From a virus, in the IMG/VR virus record IMGVR_UViG_3300027969_000084, positions 5,696 to 69,695 of that record: a DNA stretch of 64,000 nucleotides, one strand, 5' to 3'. Shown one piece after another: positions 57,806-64,000 of the stretch. The notes beneath the pieces are model-generated. The model worked only from the letters and a program-made list of their open reading frames with translations, did no database searches and was not told where the DNA came from. A program made the position numbers and the translations under genes. Numbering within the stretch: position 1 is the stretch's first letter; every line of letters begins with the position of its first letter.

Positions 57806-58449
57806 TGTCGGTAGATTCTAAAGAAGTAAACGAGATGGCGCGTCTTATTAATCTAATGAACAGCAATGTTCAATTTGAAGATGAGCCAGTATCTAATATT
57901 AATGAAGGTCTCACTAGAACGGTCTCACAAGATCATGTTGATCCAAACGTTTCAGAAATGAAGCGCATTTTGGAAGCATTTAATAATATACAAAATAGCC
58001 CAACTAAGCGCCTTACTGATCGAGCATTCGTTAATAAAGAATTACGAGAAGCGTTGATTACACAAGAAACCGATAACGGTGTTCGTATCGGCAATTGGGA
58101 TATTGTTGTTAAAGAATCTGCTAGAAAATTAAAGACATACGACGTAGTAAGCGTCCAGACGGGCATTGCTATTGCTATTGACCTTACCATATATGAAGCC
58201 GCGCATGGCATCACGCAAGCTCTCAACGAGGGCAAGGGCATCAATAGCCGCCAAGTTAAAGATATTCTCCAAGCAGAGGGAGAATATGCGCATCATAGAC
58301 AAGATGCTGCCATTTTTAAACAAAAGTTGGCAGTAATTGAACATGATAACAATGAACAAAGAGTTGCTATTATGGAAGATAGATTTTCAGAATCTCTTCG
58401 TAGAGCGCAATCTGCTCGCCAGAAGGTAATGAAATTAACAAATAACTAA
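57805..58449 (+). CDS. late protein
   Basis: TAATG coupling; EM.R/KI.. motif occurs twice. Confidence 0.75.
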   Translation: MSVDSKEVNEMARLINLMNSNVQFEDEPVSNINEGLTRTVSQDHVDPNVSEMKRILEAFNNIQNSPTKRLTDRAFVNKELREALITQETDNGVRIGNWDIVVKESARKLKTYDVVSVQTGIAIAIDLTIYEAAHGITQALNEGKGINSRQVKDILQAEGEYAHHRQDAAIFKQKLAVIEHDNNEQRVAIMEDRFSESLRRAQSARQKVMKLTNN

Positions 58450-58508
58450 TATTATTTTCATGTAGCATAAGTAATATATCCTCTTATCAAAAAGGCGACT
58501 TATGCGAA

Positions 58509-59177
58509 ATGAACAGAGTGCGACTATCATATCAGTTTGCAATTCGTGATCGAAAAACCAAATTATTTTGGGATGGTGGGCATTGTCCGCCATATTTTGG
58601 TGTAAATCATCGTGGAGACCCAACCATGGGCGTCTACACAAGAGCATCCGAAAATTGGAAATTAAATTGGTCAATAAATCCGACATTATTTGATAATGAA
58701 GAATATACTAGAAAACTCATTTTACGATATTTGGTCGATGCAGAATGTTTTCCAAAAGGTATTTCTACCGATTTAGAAATAGTAAAATTCCAAATCACCA
58801 CTACAAAAAATTACGTAGCTTCTGATGAATTAGGAACAATACCATATTCTATTAATAAAAATGAGTTAATGCCTATAAAAATACACCTATGTCTTGGTAA
58901 TTCATTTTATAGCGCATATTTAGAATTTATGTCTTTTGCGGAAACTGATAAAGAACAATATCAATATGCATGCAGATTGAAAACACATATAATAAATTAC
59001 ACACAACCTGATCAAAAGTTATTCGAGTACGAATATCATAGAGGGATTTTATTTTTAAAGACTGCTAGTGATCTTATGCTAGCACAATTATTAATAGGAA
59101 ATGATTTGACAAATTCCATAAATCTGTCATCATTCGGTCCTTCTTTTATTGATGAGGAAAGTGATCTTGAGTATTAA
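58509..59177 (+). CDS. hypothetical protein, paralog of 59149..59856
   Basis: FA.RD..T.L.WDG...W...P..F; tail LFLKTASDLMLAQLLIG. Confidence 0.75.
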   Translation: MNRVRLSYQFAIRDRKTKLFWDGGHCPPYFGVNHRGDPTMGVYTRASENWKLNWSINPTLFDNEEYTRKLILRYLVDAECFPKGISTDLEIVKFQITTTKNYVASDELGTIPYSINKNELMPIKIHLCLGNSFYSAYLEFMSFAETDKEQYQYACRLKTHIINYTQPDQKLFEYEYHRGILFLKTASDLMLAQLLIGNDLTNSINLSSFGPSFIDEESDLEY

Positions 59178-59856
59178 TAAGACTACCATTACCAAGAAAT
59201 CTCATAAGTTATTCGCGTTCCGTGATCCAACTACGGGTTTGTATTGGGATGGTGATACGCGGTATCCCGATCATTTTAATAGAAACCGAATTGGCTGGAA
59301 GGTAGCATATCGATATAGTGCTAGTTCAAACTTTTGGTCACCAAAGTGGTCGAAAATTCCGATCATCTTCAGAGAAAAACATGTCGCGTTGCGTGATATG
59401 CGGTATCACCTCGATCTTCAGTACTTCCCAAAAGATAGTAATGGAAATGAAGTTCCCGCAAAATTAGAACGGGTGGAGTTTGAAGGAAAGTTTGTAATTG
59501 AAACACGCGAACTTGTACTCGATGAATCTATAGAAGTAAGTTCATCATTTACCGAGTTTGATGAAGCAGAGATGACGGTTGAACGCATTCGTCTATGCCT
59601 AAACGGCTCAATTGCGCATTCATATAAAAAATTAATAGAAAAAGAAGTTGATCTTACCGAATACGATTACGCAGTCAGAATAAAAAATTTCGTAAATTAC
59701 AAAAAAGAACATATTCCATTTGAATACCATCAATATGCTGGAATAACTTTTTTACAATCTGAAGCGGACGTTATAGTTGCAATGATGCTTTTCGGTAAAG
59801 ATATGTCAACTCGACATAGTTTGATTGATATTAAACCGAGGTTTATACTTACATAG
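59149..59856 (+). CDS. hypothetical protein, paralog of 58509..59177
   Basis: same pattern; tail TFLQSEADVIVAMMLFG; start uncertain. Confidence 0.75.
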   Translation: MMRKVILSINKTTITKKSHKLFAFRDPTTGLYWDGDTRYPDHFNRNRIGWKVAYRYSASSNFWSPKWSKIPIIFREKHVALRDMRYHLDLQYFPKDSNGNEVPAKLERVEFEGKFVIETRELVLDESIEVSSSFTEFDEAEMTVERIRLCLNGSIAHSYKKLIEKEVDLTEYDYAVRIKNFVNYKKEHIPFEYHQYAGITFLQSEADVIVAMMLFGKDMSTRHSLIDIKPRFILT

Positions 59857-59961
59857 TGGTTATATATGCTAATAATCGCCGTAGGAGAGCCTCTCATGGC
59901 GATTGAAAGATATTTGGTATATGGTAACCAAAATATAAATAAACCGCCCCACGGGCTTCTA

Positions 59962-60408
59962 TTAGGCTTTATTTTCTACAGGAGTATCTTCTTCTACGAT
60001 CAATGTTTCAATATAGGCACGAACTAAACGAATCTCGTGGCTATATCGTGTTCTATCAAGAGATTTGATGAAATTTCTTGCTTCAATTTCAGAACGGGTC
60101 ATCAGAAGATTTAGCCATTCGCCTTTATCAAATTCCTGAACATAATAATCTATTTCTGGTTCTGGAGTTTTTTGAATTTCAAATTGAGGAGATATGGCGC
60201 TCATACGAGCAACGGTGTCTTCAATAATTCCACGAATTAGCTCATTCATACGAATTCCACGAGTTTGAACTAGCTTTCGTAGTTGTTCATCAACTTCTAA
60301 TGGAATATACGATTGGCGCAAAACTAAAGATTGGATTTGTTCATCTTTTGCGATCTTTTTAGCCATCTTAATTTTAGAAAGTGGCTTGGCCACAACTTTC
60401 TTTACCAT
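59962..60408 (-). CDS. RHH/CopG-like DNA-binding protein
   Basis: RQSYIPLEVDEQLRKL...GI.MNELIR.II. Confidence 0.55.
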   Translation of the reverse strand: MVKKVVAKPLSKIKMAKKIAKDEQIQSLVLRQSYIPLEVDEQLRKLVQTRGIRMNELIRGIIEDTVARMSAISPQFEIQKTPEPEIDYYVQEFDKGEWLNLLMTRSEIEARNFIKSLDRTRYSHEIRLVRAYIETLIVEEDTPVENKA

Positions 60409-60623
60409 TTAAATCCTCGTTAAGTTCATCAAGACTGGAAGAACCAGAATATATTTATTAGCATAATTAAAAATATGCGCCATAAGACATATGTCTTATT
60501 AAAACTCATATCAATTAATTTTATAATAAAGAAAAATAGCACGAAAGTCAATTAGAATATACGTTGACAAAATATGATTTGATGATATTTTTACATTTCG
60601 ATATTAAATATGGAGCATAAATT

Positions 60624-61022
60624 ATGGCAAAAGCAGCAACAGTTCTTGGTGATTTTAAGCGTTCAGTTCGTGATGAACCACTGTTCTATATCTATAAGCA
60701 TCGTATTTACGTAACTGGAAACAAGGTAGTTCCAGAAGAAGTGCATTCATGGCTTCGCAAGCGTTATGCTGAAAGCCGTCGCGGAAATCGCTATAGGGTT
60801 ACGACTTACGCGCACATTGATGGTGGGCGATATGTTGATTCTATCTTGATGGAAACTTGTAAGGATGAAGATTTGACTTTCATGCAACTTCGTTGGGGTT
60901 GGTCTGACCATAAGGTTCAGCGCGGTGATCGTCTTCCTCGTAAGCGCATGACAAAAGAGCAACGCGCCGAACTCGATTCTATCATTCGCCGTGCTCGCGA
61001 AGACTACTTCAATAATTTGTAG
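60624..61022 (+). CDS. basic protein with internal FKLRW-like motif
   Basis: HSWLRKRY, KDEDLTFMQLRWG; GGAG SD; TTGACA upstream. Confidence 0.75.
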   Translation: MAKAATVLGDFKRSVRDEPLFYIYKHRIYVTGNKVVPEEVHSWLRKRYAESRRGNRYRVTTYAHIDGGRYVDSILMETCKDEDLTFMQLRWGWSDHKVQRGDRLPRKRMTKEQRAELDSIIRRAREDYFNNL

Positions 61023-61078
61023 CAAGTACTTAATATAAAAGTATTATATGTTTTAAGTTTTTCATAATAAATAATATT

Positions 61079-61525
61079 ATGGAAAATCTTATTAAGCATA
61101 TGCGAGAAGTATTAGGAACGGCGTTTGTTATTTATATGACGAGCCATGCATATCATTGGTCAGTAGAAGGGCCGATGTTTTATGAATATCATAAGCTTCT
61201 AGAATTGCAATATAATGAAGTTTGGGAATCAATTGATGATATCGCAGAGCATATTCGCACATTAGATGCATACACTCCACAAAGTTTGACTCGTATGGTT
61301 GAATTGAGCCGAGTTGAAGAAGCTTTACCCGCACCAACCGGATCGCATGATATGTTTACTGGTCTCGTAATAGCACATGAAATAATGTGCGATCTTCTTC
61401 TTGAAACTATAAAAATCGCACAAAGCGAAAATCAAGAAGGCTTAGTGAACTTTTTGGGTGGGCGGATCGAAGCACATCAAAAACATAGATGGATGCTACG
61501 ATCCACGGCCAAACCTAACAAATAA
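61079..61525 (+). CDS. dps: Dps/ferritin-like protein
   Basis: HAYHWSVEGP.F..YH, DDIAEHIR, H.KH.WML. Confidence 0.9.
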   Translation: MENLIKHMREVLGTAFVIYMTSHAYHWSVEGPMFYEYHKLLELQYNEVWESIDDIAEHIRTLDAYTPQSLTRMVELSRVEEALPAPTGSHDMFTGLVIAHEIMCDLLLETIKIAQSENQEGLVNFLGGRIEAHQKHRWMLRSTAKPNK

Positions 61526-61527
61526 TA

Positions 61528-62037
61528 TTAAACACTTACTCTGGCGTGCCAGTTTCCATTAAGAATGTTTGATCCCAAAGCAGTAGTAAAGTTAATTACT
61601 ATAGTATTAGCATTGCTTGATGTAATCGAATCTGGAACCATAGTGGTATTGCTATTAGTATACACCTGCACAATAGGGAATTGATTATTCAAGTTATGAG
61701 ATATTGTGAGGGTATTTGCAACAATATTTGCATTCGTGAATGATGCTAAATATGATGTTGGGACAACACCAATTTGAATTGATGTATTACCATTAGACAA
61801 TGTTAGGGATACTGTTCCATCAGTCGTAATAGAATTCGTAGTTAAAATTGAATTCCACTTATTAGAACTGTCGATCTGGTATAATCCAGCAGTATCTTTT
61901 CTTAAATATAAACTTCCCAAAGGAGCAGAAACCCCCGTTGGATCGCCACTATTTTGTAACAATACAACGCCGCGCTTGCCAATCGTAAACGATTCGTTGG
62001 TAGTTCCTGCATAATTCGTATAAACTAAAGCTGTCAT
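61528..62037 (-). CDS. virion structural protein
   Basis: GDP....APLGSLYLR, TISHNLNNQFPIVQVY; late boxes upstream. Confidence 0.65.
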   Translation of the reverse strand: MTALVYTNYAGTTNESFTIGKRGVVLLQNSGDPTGVSAPLGSLYLRKDTAGLYQIDSSNKWNSILTTNSITTDGTVSLTLSNGNTSIQIGVVPTSYLASFTNANIVANTLTISHNLNNQFPIVQVYTNSNTTMVPDSITSSNANTIVINFTTALGSNILNGNWHARVSV

Positions 62038-62050
62038 GTATTTTTCTTTT

Positions 62051-62249
62051 ATACTAAAATGGAATAATTATAACGTATTATAATAACCTATTTATTAAAG
62101 CACAATATAAAAATAATACTAAAATGGAATAATTATAACGTATTATAATAACCTATTTATTAAAGCACAATATAAAAATAATACTAAAATGGAATAATTA
62201 TAACGTATTATAATAACCTATTTATTAAAGCACAATATAAAAATAATAC
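62051..62249. repeat. perfect 65-bp tandem repeat x3
   Basis: units start at 62051, 62116, 62181; each has TAAATA on the minus strand. Confidence 0.95.
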
Positions 62250-62269
62250 GAAAGTGCTAATAAAAATTA

Positions 62270-62746
62270 TTATAACGTGGCATCTTCCAAACCTGCAACA
62301 CGCAATCGAGTAATATTACTCAATTGATAGTGCAAAAATTCGATACCTTTAGTGATTCCTTGAAATTTATTCCTAATTAATTCAATCTGTTGCCTAAATT
62401 CTCGAAGAATAATTACTTCTGCTTGAATTTCAGCATGTTGATCTGCTTGTTTGTCGGTTAATACTTTGTTATAGTGTTCTAGGAAATGTATTTTCTTTTC
62501 ACCTTTAACTATATCATACTTCATCTCAACAAATCTAGAAATCATTTCAATTTCTTGATGCTGAGCATAACGGTATTCCATTATGCCAGCAATCCGGCCA
62601 GCCAAATCTTCTATTCGAGTACCTCTAGAAGGTTTAATTTCTTTTTGAGCATCGGCGTATTCTTTCCAATAGTATTCTATTGCATCGCCAAGCGGCTCGA
62701 AGAAATTAACAGGGTCAGAAGTAACTTTGGCGTACCAACGTTCCAT
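62270..62746 (-). CDS. uvsY: recombination mediator UvsY-like
   Basis: helical protein ending NITRLRVAGLEDA, two genes downstream of uvsX. Confidence 0.7.
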   Translation of the reverse strand: MERWYAKVTSDPVNFFEPLGDAIEYYWKEYADAQKEIKPSRGTRIEDLAGRIAGIMEYRYAQHQEIEMISRFVEMKYDIVKGEKKIHFLEHYNKVLTDKQADQHAEIQAEVIILREFRQQIELIRNKFQGITKGIEFLHYQLSNITRLRVAGLEDATL

Positions 62747-62988
62747 TAGTCTTCGTCCTCGTCATATCCATAATCATCGGCTTCTTCTTCGTCATCGTGA
62801 TAAAGATCATCAAAGGCACGCTTCAAATAGGCATCATCATCGGTAATATCTTGCATATCTTTTGAATCAAAGCCATATTCTTCAAATGCTTTGAGAAAAG
62901 AAATAGCAATTTCTAGTCGTTGACCTGCTGGAATGGTGTCTCTAACCAAGTCCCACAATTCAATAATAAGCATACTTTCTTGTTTCAT
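62746..62988 (-). CDS. small acidic protein
   Basis: GGAG SD; coupled to the uvsY-like gene. Confidence 0.7.
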   Translation of the reverse strand: MKQESMLIIELWDLVRDTIPAGQRLEIAISFLKAFEEYGFDSKDMQDITDDDAYLKRAFDDLYHDDEEEADDYGYDEDED

Positions 62989-63008
62989 AATTCTAACTCC
63001 ATAGGGAA

Positions 63009-63039
63009 AATAAGTAGGTCTTTTAAGAACCTACTTATT
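63009..63039 (-). terminator. intrinsic terminator downstream of uvsX
   Basis: AATAAGTAGGT / ACCTACTTATT stem. Confidence 0.7.
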
Positions 63040-63046
63040 CCATTTA

Positions 63047-64000
63047 TCAATAATCTTCGTCTGGGGTGTCAACGCCGGTTTCATCAACACCTTCAGCCCG
63101 CTGTGTTTCAATTGCGGACCATTCTTCCATAATAATATCAAGCCAACCATTGGCCTTATACTTCTTACGGAAGTCCTTAAGAATTTCTCCTGTTACTGGA
63201 GAAGTATAGACATATCGATTGCCCTCTTTTACAAGAACGCCTTTACCTTCAAACAATTCAAACAAGCCACTATATGGATCAATTCCTTTATCATAGGGAA
63301 TATTGATCTTAAGCTTACTGAATGGCTTTGCATATCGAGATTTCTGAACTGTTACAGATGACCTAATACCAGCAACTTCACCGCCAGTTAAAGCGTTACC
63401 ATGTTCATCTTCTTTTAGAAGAAGCTTGTTCATCTGAACAATTATAGAAGAGGAGAATACCAAGTTCTTACCACCAGGAATAGTATCCGGCTTGTATTGA
63501 TCTTGGCTATCATAAACGTGATTAGTTACAACGACACCAATAGGTTCAGAACCAATCTTAGCAGTCAATACCTTAATAGTATTTGTAAGCTGCTTAGCCT
63601 TGATTCCCATATCGCCTTTTTGGTCACCTTCCGAAAACTGTCGTTCATTATTTCCAGTGATCAACTGACCTAATGAATCAATAATGAGCAGAACTTTTCC
63701 GCGCTCTTCGTATGGAATTCCATCATTTTGTACCTTATACATGGCAATAAAATCGGCAAGAGTTTCAGCCAAATCATCAATCAATGATACTTTGATACGC
63801 ATAATAGCACTTGGAGAAGTATCAACTCCCAGAGCCTTGAGCCAAGATTCATCAAGAGCATTTTCGCTGTCAAATAGGACTGGGAAAACACCACGAGATT
63901 GTGCTTCTTTAACAAGATTTCCAGAGCAAATATATGACTTACCAGAACCTGAATCTCCGGCAAACATGGTCATTTTACCTTCAAGCGGAATACCGCCCGT
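63047..64000 (-). CDS. uvsX: RecA-like recombinase UvsX (5' end outside window)
   Basis: GGIP..GK, AGDSGSGKS, FDSE, IIDSLG, TNHVY, KSR; frame stays open to the window edge. Confidence 0.9.
   Translation of the reverse strand, partial: TGGIPLEGKMTMFAGDSGSGKSYICSGNLVKEAQSRGVFPVLFDSENALDESWLKALGVDTSPSAIMRIKVSLIDDLAETLADFIAMYKVQNDGIPYEERGKVLLIIDSLGQLITGNNERQFSEGDQKGDMGIKAKQLTNTIKVLTAKIGSEPIGVVVTNHVYDSQDQYKPDTIPGGKNLVFSSSIIVQMNKLLLKEDEHGNALTGGEVAGIRSSVTVQKSRYAKPFSKLKINIPYDKGIDPYSGLFELFEGKGVLVKEGNRYVYTSPVTGEILKDFRKKYKANGWLDIIMEEWSAIETQRAEGVDETGVDTPDEDY

Noticed and set aside
1-64000. tRNA, rRNA, intron or transposase
   Set aside because: No cloverleaf, rRNA or transposase signatures seen by eye; the HNH-AP2 gene is free-standing. 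A tRNAscan/Infernal run would be needed to exclude them formally.

Overview
AT-rich segment of a large T4-superfamily-like (jumbo-type) myophage genome. The host is probably an alphaproteobacterium, inferred from MucR/Ros, two SciP/DUF1153-like genes and a rhizobial/caulobacterial-type PncB. Core genes are a UvrD-like helicase, primase, gp41-like helicase, UvsY, UvsX (cut by the window edge), Dps, a DNA methyltransferase and a late head/structural cluster with TAAATA promoters. Notable accessory content: (1) a four-gene NAD+ rebuilding operon (NadM-Nudix, PncB, PncA, glutamine-dependent NadE) with a different enzyme set from the known phage NARP1/NARP2 pathways; (2) homologues of host cell-cycle regulators (SciP x2, MucR, possibly a GcrA-like HTH); (3) 13 paralogous 22-aa repeat proteins, 10 in one coupled array with signs of cassette shuffling; (4) about 20-25 small proteins sharing a C-terminal F-x-x-E-x-D-A-x-L-F-K-L-x-W/F tail; (5) late enzymes (GNATs, ART-like, ParB-like) carrying a shared MRxxEI N-terminal tag resembling a capsid-targeting sequence; (6) an origin-like region with a strand-skew switch and ten phased TTAGTACTAA palindromes next to an RHH gene; (7) apparently leaderless late transcripts (TAAATA-N5-ATG). 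All family assignments come from motif recognition by eye; no searches were run. No tRNA, rRNA or CRISPR array was seen.
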